Assembly: GCF_009914755.1 (NCBI RefSeq)
Contig: NC_060925.1
DNA from: the human T2T-CHM13v2.0 reference genome, Homo sapiens
Strand: one strand, 5' to 3'
Length of the DNA stretch: 64,000 nt
Shown: piece after piece, positions 1 through 11,422 of the stretch
How positions within the stretch are numbered: the stretch's first letter is position 1
Layout of the letters: each line of letters starts with the position of its first letter
Notes under the pieces: model-generated
What the model was told of the DNA's origin: nothing
Databases searched by the model: none
The model's input: only the letters and a program-made list of their open reading frames with translations
Position numbers and translations under genes: made by a program

Positions 1-84
1 CCAAGAGAGCCCCAGGAGGTGACAGCAGAGGTGCAGGACCCTGGCAGGGAGGCCGCGACTCCTGCCTCTCCTCCTCATACCACA

Positions 85-765
85 CCCACACCAATCTGTC
101 TGCAAATCCTGTGCACTCTACCTTTGAAACATCTAGAACCTGACAGTTTCTTACCACCTCCACAGCTAGCACCCTGGTTGGTCCAAGTCACCACCATCTC
201 TTGTCACACCTATGGCAGTCACCTCCTAAATAAAGTAAGTCGTTTCACATCACTCCTCTGCTCAAAGCCCTCGCTGATTCCTTATTTCACTCAGAGCCCG
301 AACCAGCACCTACATGGGCCTGCGGGACCCGCAAGGCCTGGCCCCTCTTCCAGTCCTGCCCTCATCTCCCACTGGGCCTTGTGTCCCCTCCCCTCTGGCC
401 CACTCTTCTTGCTCTCCATGGACGTGCCAGGCCCGTTTTCCCTAGCGTCCTCACAGCTCGCTCCTCCACACTCTCAAGGCCTCTCTGCTGGGTCTTCCCT
501 GAACTGGGCTGGTGTGAGCACCCTGCTTAAAATCACCAGCCTCCTAGCACTCTCTCCTCCTCCCCTGCCGCTTGTATTCACAGCTCCCATTCCCGCCTGC
601 CATGCCATACATTGCAAGCCTTTGTTTCTTATTCTCTTTCTCCTCTCACTAGGAAGCAAGCTCCGTGAGGGTACATTTCTTCCGTTGTGTTCACTGTGGT
701 ATCCCCAGCAACAGGAGGACTGCCTGGCACTTAGTAGAGGCTCAATAAATAGTTACTGAGTGGAT
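85..765 (+). mobile_element. L2 LINE 3' fragment
   Basis: L2-like body (caaatcctgt...ccaagtcaccaccatctct) and typical L2 3' end (aagctccgtgaggg...tgcctggcacttagtagaggctcaataaata). Confidence 0.75.
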
Positions 766-1279
766 TCCTGTCCTAGTGGAGGCTGGACTTCCTAGCTTTC
801 AAACTGGAGTCTGATGCTATGAAAAACACAGTGGTCCTTGGCCTCAGAGAAAGTGGGATCCTTTCCTTTCTTCTCTTCCTCCCCATCAGCTCAGCCAGGA
901 TTCCTGATAGCTCCCGCTTCACCAGCCCTCCATCATCACCACCACTGCAGCCCCCCCACAAAAGGGCTCTTTCCTCCACCTCCCTGGGCTCCCCTCACAG
1001 CCACCCACACCAGGCCTTCGACACAGTCCCCCTCCCTTGGGGACCCAACGGACCTGTGCTCTCATCCCCTACCTGTACTTCTGAGGACTTGCTGCTATCC
1101 AGGAAGTGGGTGAGCAGGCAGGTTTGCGTGACAGGGCCTGAGATTTGAATGGCCCATACATTTGTTCTAAATGAAGGTGGAACCAACCCACGTCTTTCAC
1201 TGGGGTCACAGAGATTTGGTTTTTTCACCTCAGTGTCCTGTGTGGACTGTGACAGCCTCCTCCACATTGGCCTCTCCGC

Positions 1280-1680
1280 CCACAGCTCTTCTTTTCTCTG
1301 TCTCCTGGCCTCTTCCTTCACTTCTTCCTAGGCCCTCACTCCCTGTCTGTCTCATCTTTCGGCTCTGTCTGGAGCTCTCCCTTGCTGTCTCTCTGGCCTT
1401 CTTGCTGCCTCTCCATGGCCCCAGCCCACGCCGCCGTCGCTTACTGCACGTGTTTACCGTCCCTTCTCCCTCCTTGCTCTGTCTTTCCCTGTCTCTGAGG
1501 CTCTCCATCACCATGTGCTTTTGTTCTTGGGCACTTCCTCTGTTCCTTCCCTGCCCAGACTCTGTCTCTGTGTCATTCTCAGTCTTTTTGACTTTTGAGC
1601 TCTCTGTGCCTGTGTCTACATCTCTGCCTCTCTTCCCCCCTCTCTGCATCCCTGTATCTCTGTTTCTGTGGCCACTCTGC
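1280..1680. repeat. CT-rich low-complexity tract
   Basis: Strong pyrimidine bias with tctc/ctgt motifs. Confidence 0.7.
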
Positions 1681-2489
1681 AGCCTCTGAGACCAAGAGGG
1701 TCTGGTGTAGAAGGGGCAGAGAGCCAGGCCAGGCTTCCCTCCCAGCCCACGAGAGCTCTGTGGCCCTCTCAGAACCTTTATGAGGCCGTTCTGCCCGGCA
1801 GAATGTGCTTGGGCTGAGGCCTGGAGCTAAGGAAATCCATTTGTCATTTCTGATGGAAACGGCCCCTTCCCAGGAGGCCCCGGCCTCCCCGTCGCCTGCC
1901 GGTGAACTCTGTGAGCACCTGAGGGAGAGCTCCTTGCCGGGAAGAGGGTTCCACGCAGGAGCAGCTTTCCAAGGAAAACATCGCCCTTGACAGATCATGT
2001 GTCGGGAGAGAGTTGGTCCCACACACCATAAATTGCCAGCCTGACCTTCCCCCGCAGGGCCCCGCGGTTCCCGAGCTGAGGTTCTCCTGCTGGGCCAGGC
2101 TGGGTCAGCACCGCCGGACTCGACGCACAGAGAGGGAGGCCTGGGTGCAAGTGGAGCTCGAGGACGCCCAGCAGCCAGGCTAAGACGCCCCAGCCCAGGA
2201 GCCGCAGGGGAAACTGGAGCCACATTAAGGGGGCTCCCTGGGGCTTTGTAGTTTGCAAAGTATGCTCATAGCCAGCACCTCCTCTGTTCTCAAATCAGGG
2301 GCCTTCCTGCCCCCATTTTAGGGAAAGTGGTATTAAGATTCAGATTCTGATAGGTCCACAGAAATTAGGGACAAAACTGAGAATGTCTGGCTTAAAATCC
2401 CATCCTTCCTCCCCTCCTGGTCCCTATTTATTATCAGAGAAAATCTTGGAGGAGAAAGGTGTTAGCTTAGGCCTGAATGTTGAGCAACA

Positions 2490-3420
<931 letters not shown>

Positions 3421-3437
3421 TGCAGGGACTAAGATAG

Positions 3438-3580
3438 CTTAGAATCCTGTCTCGGCCACAGAGCAGCTGTAGAACAAGTTAACTTCTCTATGCCTCAGTT
3501 TCTTGATCTGTAAAAAGGGACTGATAATGGTACCTTCCTCTCAGAGCTGTCCTTGGGATTAGATGAACTCATGCAAAGAC
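3438..3580 (+). mobile_element. MIR
   Basis: Core tgcctcagtttcttgatctgtaaaaaggg. Confidence 0.7.
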
Positions 3581-4659
3581 CGACACTGGCTATTAACACT
3601 GTCATGGGTGTGAATCTTAGTCCACACATTCAAGTATGCACGACACAGTGAGTCCCTGTATTGCTTAAAAAAGAAGTTGGCGTTTGAGTCCCCACTTCGC
3701 AGAGCTAGTAGGAAAGGTGACCTTAGTCACTCGCGATACAGGATTTTGCACTATGCTAAGGTGGGGAGGGGGCTGCTGTGGTTGTCAGTCAGCTGAAGTC
3801 ACAGTGACATTAGAGCTGTCCCTCACCCCGTCACATGGCCCCATCTGGCCTGGCAGCTCTAGGAGGCTCCTGCGCTGTATTGGGGGTGTGTCTGTCTAGA
3901 CATACCTCCCACAGATGCATTATCCCCGGAGCAGTCAGTCCTCTCCACTTAGGGGATCCACAGATCTTGCTCTGTTCCTCCGCACAGCCTGGGTCTGTGG
4001 AAAACCCTGCCTCTTCCTGTGTCTCCAAGCTGGTTCGTCTCATTTCTCTGTTTTAGCAACTCTGCACAGCCCTGCTTCTCTTTTCCATCTCCTCTGCAGG
4101 CCCTCTCAGTGCTCTTGGGCTTAAGCTTTTGGAAAGAAGCCAGGAGCCTTTGCTGACCACATTTTTTCTGCCACACACCTCCCATGGGGCAACAAGCATA
4201 GAGTCAGTCTTTGCTGGAGTGAGCGGGAGGGCAAGAAGAAACTACAAGGGGAGGAATGAAACATAACAATTATCTTCACATACCATCCACTATCACTGTC
4301 ATAGTCATCATCTCAACAAGAGGAACAAAACCAGGAGCAGGGAACAAGCGCCCCGAGAGGGGACACATTACGTAGGCAAAGGTCTGACCGCTGAACTGAG
4401 CGTACTCTGTATAGGGGAGTGGGTCAGGGACAGGGACAGGTCCAAGGGGAGCCACTGCTGGCTCAGTTTCTCAGTTTTTCCCCTCCACCACCCCTCAAGG
4501 CTGGGCCTATGCTAGCTGGGCCCAACCTCACTTCAGAAAGCGCTTTCTGTGAGTCCACCTCATGGAGGGCCAGCAGCTCCAGCTCTGACGCCTTCCAAGA
4601 ACTCAGCTGGGGCAGAGACCCCATCACTGCCCCAGCCACAGAACATTCCTGGAAGAGGA

Positions 4660-5040
4660 GGGTGGACACATGTGAGTGCAAGGACATACTTGACACACAG
4701 AGACCCAGACTTGAGTTCACATGCACCATCACTGACATGTTTAGACCCATAAAGACAGGCGCACACTCATTTTCATGTGAGCACATGGATATGCCCAGAT
4801 GCACACTTGTGTGGAAAGCTCACAGACACACACACAGCACCATCCATGCTTACACTCCCGCACCTACCACACCTCTGTTCACACCTGACTATGTGCCCAC
4901 TGGCAGGTACATCTGCTCTTACAGATAGATATACTCGGAAACACATATTCACACTGTATCACAGATCCTTGCATGCTCCGACATGTATAAGCATCACACA
5001 CATTTACGTATATTCAATCAACAGATATTTACCTACAGCC
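4660..5040. repeat. Degenerate CA-rich low-complexity tract
   Basis: Dense cacac/acatg motifs. Confidence 0.55.
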
Positions 5041-5110
5041 TACTTCTGGGTGGGATGAAATGCTACGCTCAGGAGAACAAGGAGTAAAGAAGACAGTGTC
5101 CCTCAGGGAG

Positions 5111-5463
5111 TGTATGTCAGCTCAGGCTGCCACAACAGTGCCACAGACTGGCTCAAATGACAGAAATACATATTCTCAAAGTTCTGGAGGATAGAAGTCC
5201 ACGATCAAGGTGTTGGTAGGGTTGGTTCCTTCCGCAGCCTCTCTCCTTGGCTTATAGATAGCCGTCTTCTCCCTGTGTCTTCAGAGGGTCCTGCCTCAGG
5301 TCTGTCTGTGCTAATCTTTTCTTATAAGGATCAGGGCCCAGACTCATGACCTCATTTAACCATAATTCCCTCTTTAAAGACCCCACCTCTGAATACAGTC
5401 ACATCTGAGGCCCTAGCGGTTGGAACTTCAGCATGGAAATTTGAAGACACAATTCAGTTAACA
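5111..5463 (-). mobile_element. MLT1 (ERVL-MaLR) solo LTR, MLT1B/C-like
   Basis: gttctggaggatagaagtccacgatcaaggtgttggtagggttggttcct and gacacaattcag...aaca match reverse MLT1. Confidence 0.8.
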
Positions 5464-5974
5464 AGGAGCTTGCCTCGAATAGGGCGGATGGGCACAACAG
5501 GTGGAAATAACGATTCAGCTGTGATGAGGGTCTGAATAAACAGCACAGGGTTGAGAGAGGCACAGGGAGAGTGGAGTCGTGCCTTTGGACAGGGCAGTTG
5601 GGTAGGAGCCTCTGCAGAGCTCAGGCCCCCTGCCCTGCCCTGGGCTGAAGGCTGAATGCACTGTGAGGCAGGGGGGGTTCGTGAATCTGTTCACCTTCCT
5701 GTCTCCAGGCTCCACACAGGCTGTGGCCCAGAGCAGAGTTCAGTGAGTGTGTTGGGTGGACGGGTGGATGATGGAGGGTGAGTGATTGTGGGGCTCCCTG
5801 CAGTTGAGGAGACTGGGCTGTCATGCAGGAAAGCCCTGCAGAGGTGTGCGAGGCTCATCCTGTGCCTGAGTGTCTGGGTGATCGGACAGGGTGTGGACAG
5901 CCTGGTGGGAACCCAGAGCCTGAGCCTCGGAGAAAAGCAGGAGAGAGGGAAGGATGGAGATGCTGAGGGCTGCC

Positions 5975-6165
5975 CTGAATGCCAGCCTGGGTCTGCTGTG
6001 TGACTTTCCGCAAGTTACCTTACCTTTCTGAGCCAGTTTCCTCATCTGTAAAATGAGAGATAAAACAGAAGCTGCCTCACAGAATTGCTGTGAGGATTCA
6101 ATGAGATCATGCATGTAAAATGCTTAGCACGTTGCCTGGCACATAATACATGCTCAATACATGCA
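5975..6165 (+). mobile_element. MIR
   Basis: gtttcctcatctgtaaaatgag core and 3' tgcttagcac...cctggcacata. Confidence 0.8.
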
Positions 6166-6172
6166 AGTGGCA

Positions 6173-6294
6173 CCATGAGTGACTCAGGTGTGTGCCATGT
6201 GTGTACTCTTGTTTGTTTTCCTGAAGGAATACTGTGGCTAATAATGGTATTCCTTCTGGAAAACAAACATGGCACACGCCTGAGTCATTCATGG
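6173..6294. repeat. Long inverted repeat (foldback), ~48-53 bp arms
   Basis: 6247-6294 is the reverse complement of 6173-6232 apart from a 12-nt insert and 3 substitutions. Confidence 0.9.
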
Positions 6295-6319
6295 GCCCAT
6301 TTCTCCCTCACCACACACA

Positions 6320-7050
6320 CATCCTCCAATCACCAAGCTCCTGTCAACTCTGCCTCCTGCATGGGGCTTCAGTCTGGTCATGCCCCTCCACCCCTCTTGG
6401 TGATGGCCTTATCTATCGTCTCTCCCCTGGACATCCCACCAGCCTCTTCCCTGGTTTCTCAGCCTCCAGCCTCTTGCTCATCAGTCCAGCCTCCTCACCG
6501 GCTTCCAGAGAAACTTTCTAAGCTGCAAATCTGATACATGACCCTCAGGCGTAAAATCCTCCAGAGCTCAGTGCCACCCATGTGATAAAGGGCACTTGAG
6601 GCCTTTCAGGCTATAGCCTTGAATTCTAGCCTCATCTCCAGCCACGGTCAATGTGCCCCATACACTACAGGCATATGGGACCACTTCCCATGCCCCAACT
6701 ATCTCAGGCTTTCTCAGACCTCTGTGCCTTTGCACTTACTGCTCCCTCTGTTGCTTTATTTGCACTTACTGCTCCCTCCCATCTTCTCAGCCTTGACTCT
6801 CTTACTCATCCTTTCAAGATGGAGCCTGAGGGTCAGGAAGTCAGTGAAGCTGCCCCTATCACCCCAGCCAGAGTCAACTCAGCCGTCTGGGCTACTGGGG
6901 AACCGGGCCCAATCCCTGGGACAGCCCTTCAGCTGCTGCACGGCCACGGTCTGGAGCCCCTTAAGAGCAGGAGCGTGCCTTGCTCTTCTGAATGCCCCTG
7001 GCACCTGCACAGGGCCTGGCTTAGTAGGTTCTCAGAACGTTTTCTGAATG
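6320..7050 (+). mobile_element. L2 fragment
   Basis: tctcccctggac...tttctaagctgcaaatctgat...gcctttgcacttactgctccctctg...gggcctggcttagtagg. Confidence 0.65.
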
Positions 7051-7747
7051 GCCAAATGAAGGCTTGACCCTGCGAGGCCCATACTGTTCTCTCAGTTTCA
7101 CAGATAAAGAAACAGGGGTTCAAAAAAGCTAAGCCATCTTCCCAAGCTTACATAACCAGGCTGAATCGTATGCAGGCATCTTTCTACACACCATTTTCTC
7201 TGCCTGTAATTCTCTCTTCTCTCTTTTTCCTGGCTCATTCTTTAGACTCAGCTTAGGTATCACTGCCTCGAGGAAGCCCTCCAGGGTCTTTCTTCTGGGC
7301 TCACCCAGCACTTCTCTCCCAACACTGCAGAGTAGACTGTTTTTCCCACTGGATTGTGAACACAGGGACCAGGACTGCCTCTAGGGTGTGTGAGGCCTCT
7401 GTCTCTGGAAACAATTTGTCACTTAAAATCAGTATGTCAGCGCCATTCTGGAGGCCCCATTTCATGGGATTCTATAAAAGAAGTACTACACTGGCCAGTG
7501 GAAGTGATCCATTTGCCAGACTGCTCTACTGGGACCAGGGCCTGGCCATGCAGTCCCAGGTAAAGCCTATAGGAGTTAATCCTAGAGTTCCTTAGGGCAT
7601 CTGGTCAACCCCCGGTGTGAAGGAGAGGGTTGGAAAGAGCCCCGAAGGGGAGAAATGGACCAGGGCCTATACAGGTCTCAGTCTGGGCTCACTGCATCCC
7701 ATCTGTAAGATACTGCAAGCCCTAGTCACCTGATACTGTCACCGGAT

Positions 7748-7939
7748 CCAAGTACCCACAAATAATACTCAAACCTGGCTCAGACGTCACCAGCAGGGAT
7801 CAGCAAAGACTAGCACATTCTAGGCCTCAGTTTCGCCACTTGTAAAATAAGGCTGTTAGGTTGAATAGTCTCTGAGGATTTTAGGATTGCTCCAGGAAAT
7901 CAGTGAAGGATCGTTATTGATTGCCCCCAAATATTTCTT
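7748..7939 (+). repeat. 192-bp dispersed duplication, copy 1 (copy 2 at 10537-10728)
   Basis: Ungapped alignment, offset 2789, 9 mismatches counted by eye. Confidence 0.95.
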
Positions 7940-8169
7940 GGTATTTACTGCAAATCCCAAGTCCCAGGCAATGGAGAGGGATTTAGAAAATGTTGAGGTT
8001 GGCACTCAAAGTGTGAGGCTGCTTGAGAAGTAAGGCAGGAGCAGTGTCCCTGCACACCCAGGTCAAAGAGCAGTATTGACAGAGGCCTTTTCCATTCCAT
8101 TCACCACTGGGGCAACGTAGTCATGGGCCATGCATATGGCCTGGGAGGTGTATACAACCCAAACCCAAG

Positions 8170-8655
8170 ATGAGCCTATGGAGTAATGAAGCTGCTAAAT
8201 GTGTGGGTGGCCCTAGCAGAAGAATAGTCTCTAGATCAAGGGAGGTCAGTATCTGCTATCCTTGCTGACCAGCCCACATCTAGAATTAGGCATTCCGTGA
8301 TGAGCTTCTTGTTTCAAGAGGAACATGGAGGAATTATATACTATGTCTAGCTCTTAGAAGGGTCATTACATAGAAACAAAAGCAAAATTAATATTGTGAG
8401 ACGCCAGAGGGCGGAGCAAGGGTAGACGATGCAAGTAGGGAGATTTCAGCTAGATTTGAGAAAGTCTATTCTAATAATCCCAGCCGCTCAGAAATGGACT
8501 CAGCTGCCTGGGGAGATAGTGAGGTCTCTGCCCCCAGAGGTGTGCAAACAGTGGGTGGATGGGCTACCTCTGAGAGGCTGCAGGGCAGGTCCCTGCCCCG
8601 GGAGCAGTTCTGTTAGACTCCCTTTAAGGTCCTTTACAACTCTAAGATTCTGAGA
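8170..8655 (+). mobile_element. L3/CR1 LINE 3' fragment
   Basis: agatttcagctagatttgagaaag...aaatggactcagctgcctggggagatagtgagg and tail aaggtcctttacaactctaagattctgag. Confidence 0.7.
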
Positions 8656-8910
8656 CTAAATCATCATTGAGAATCTGTCTTGTGCTGGATGCCGTGGAGG
8701 TGAAAAGAGAAAAGAGACAGGACCCCAGCCCCCAAAGTGCTCTCATTCAGGTGGGCAAGACAGACAGGACATTGTCATTTATAATTGAGTGGCAACTGTC
8801 ATGATTGGGGGTAGTGAAAGTACTGAGGGCTGTGAAAGCCTAGAGGAAGGGGCCACCTTGCACCATGACCACAAGCATGTCCTTGGGGCTGGTGATGGTG
8901 GCCCTTAGAA

Positions 8911-9116
8911 CAGCACTATCCAATAGAACTCTCTACAGAGATGGAAATGTGTTATATCTGTGCTGTTCAATATGGTAGCCCTTGAATTGTGGCTGGTTGG
9001 ACTGAATTTTACATTTTACTTAATTTAATAGCTGTATGTGGCAAGTGCCTACTATATTGGGCAGCACAGACAGAAGACATTTCTACCATTGCAGAAAGTT
9101 CTATTGGACATCACTG
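8911..9116 (+). mobile_element. MER3/MER33-type hAT-Charlie MITE
   Basis: Ends cagcactatccaatagaact... and ...agttctattggacatcactg are inverted; internal part matches MER3. Confidence 0.8.
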
Positions 9117-10536
9117 CTCTAACGAGTTAAAATAGGCAGCTCTGTGATCCCAAGGCGCCTTCCTTTCCTCCCCTCACCGTGTCAGTACCACAGAGAGTGA
9201 GGCCTGCAGACACGGGTGTCAGAGCACCGCACGGGCCAGCTTCCTGTGTGACACTGAATCAATCCCTCCACCTCTCTGGGCTACAGCATCAATAAAATGA
9301 GGCATCAAACTATAAGGCTTTACAAAATAATAACAATAAAGACTCTGAGGGTCTAGAACTAGGAGAAAAAGGAAGCTTCACTTTTTCTCCTTGTTCTTCC
9401 CTTTCCCCTCTATTGACCCCAACCTTCCACCACCCAGACCACAGCTCCCAAAGACCCCAAGAACTTTTGTATTTACCGCTTAGCACTTGCTATACGGGTC
9501 TATGACCTTCTTTAGAAACTTTTTCTTTACGAGTTTATTTTGGCTTGTGCTGAGCATTCATAAAATTCCTAGGGAACTGGAGGTTTAAACCTTGGGCTTG
9601 TAAAAGGAGTAGGTGGGAGGGAGTGGGAACCCGGCAGAGAAGGGAGAGGACTGCAGCCAGCCCTTGGAAGTTGGAAGACAAGACTAAGTTTTCCACTCTC
9701 CACTCAAGGCCTCGCCTTCTGTGAGTCCTGGGTCTTTTAGGTCATGAAAGGGGAGAAGAAGAGAAGGAGAAAGAGAAAGAGGGGTGGGGCGGGAGGTGGG
9801 TGGAAGGAATTAGAGGCATGAAGGGCTGGGATTTTCCCACTGAGTGAGCAGAGCAGGGCCCATTTCTGATAAGCGGTCTCTCTGTCTCCTCTTGGGTTTT
9901 TCTTGTCATTCATCTCTTCTCCAGCCAAGCTGCTCCTCAGCAGGTTGGAGGTGCTGGTGAATGGCTCAGAGAGCGCAGGGCATGTGAAACAAATTAGGTC
10001 TCTGTTACAGCCACCCAGAGGCGGGTGATGGATGGGGGCCTGTGTTCACGGCAAAGCTAATTGGCAACACACAGAGACATCCAAGAAAGTATATTATTTT
10101 GCCAGACTTCAGAGTCATTGGACTTTTTTTCTTATTGTAGAACATTATACAGCCAGAGATAAGCACAGTGAAAGTTTTAAATCTAATAAAAGCTTTTGAC
10201 TGCGGAGTAAAAATAACATACACAGAGAAGTTTGATTTGGATTCAGGTTTTATTAATGTTCTTTCATTGCAAAATGTTTCCAATTATAAAACAATTCGGA
10301 GAGCTCTGCATTAATAAACTTGCCTGTCTTTCAGAAGGGCCAGAGATTTTGAAATGCCTGGTGGACAAACACACACATACACAAACACACATGCACAGTG
10401 TTACCAGAGGGTTATTACAACAATATCTAAAATGTTCCAAATTCAGACTTGTGTGGCTCAGACCTGGGTAGAAGTGAAAAACCTCATGACTGAGCTTAGA
10501 GAAAAAGCACCTGAAGTTTCCTTAGCATCACCTGTT

Positions 10537-10728
10537 CCAAGTACTCACAAATAATACTCAAACCCGGCTCAGATGTCACCAGCAGGGATCAGCAAAGACT
10601 AGCATATTCTAGGCCTCAGTTTCCCCATTTGTAAAATAAGGCTGTTAGGTTGAATAGTATCTGAGGATTTTAGGATAGCTCCAGGAAATCAGTGAAGGAT
10701 CATTATTGATTGCCCCCAAATATTTCTT
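10537..10728 (+). repeat. 192-bp dispersed duplication, copy 2
   Basis: ~95% identical to 7748-7939; includes a MIR core. Confidence 0.95.
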
Positions 10729-11240
10729 CCTCTTTGCTTTAGAAAAAGTTAACTAAATCTGAATTTGATCAGCAATGGGAAAAAGGACCAAATCATAGTT
10801 CTAACCTGACAAACCAGGAGCTGAAGCTTGTGCCAAGTTGTTTGTAAAGAATAACTAGTAGCATGACTAACTCCAAGTGGAAGTTTGCAGAATAACCAGC
10901 CATCTTCATAAAATAGGAGAGGGATATCAGATTGTTTTAAACCAGTAGTTTTCAAAGGAACTTCATGTTTGCAAAGTGACTGGTAAATTAATGTTTCTTG
11001 GTGAATTGCGGACAAGTTGTTTCTCAAATAACTGGCCATTTTCAATTCAAGTACTTGCTTAACTATATCCAACTGTTTTGTTTTCTGCCCCCACATAACT
11101 GAAGTTTTAACCCTGGGGAGGAAATACAATTCTAACTCCGGGCTTTTTTTAGGTGGCTTCAGCTGTTTGGTCCAAGAGGCCTGGCTGGTGTGGGTCAATG
11201 AAGAGGAGGTAATATCTTCTTAGGAGACCTCGCACAGGCT

Positions 11241-11422
11241 CAGTCAGCCCAGGGCCAGGAATTTTTATCACAAACCTAAAGATAAGCACCTCCTTCCCCA
11301 AAGGCAGGAGCAAGATCTGTTCCGGCAGGGTCAGTCAGCCCAGGGCCAGGAATTTTTATCACAAACCTAAAGATAAGCACCTCCTTCCCCAAAGGCAGGA
11401 GCAAGATCTGTTCCGGCAGGGT
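11241..11422 (+). repeat. Perfect 91-bp tandem duplication (2 copies)
   Basis: 11241-11331 identical to 11332-11422. Confidence 0.97.

Noticed and set aside
19-759. 246-aa ORF, the longest in the window
   Set aside because: Non-ATG start, overlaps an L2 remnant, S/P/L-biased, no recognisable domain.
1171-1689. Hydrophobic 172-aa ORF and antisense R/E-rich ORF
   Set aside because: Products of a CT-rich low-complexity tract.
6173-6294. Calling the foldback a known miRNA gene
   Set aside because: No mature sequence I recognise; kept only as a structural finding.
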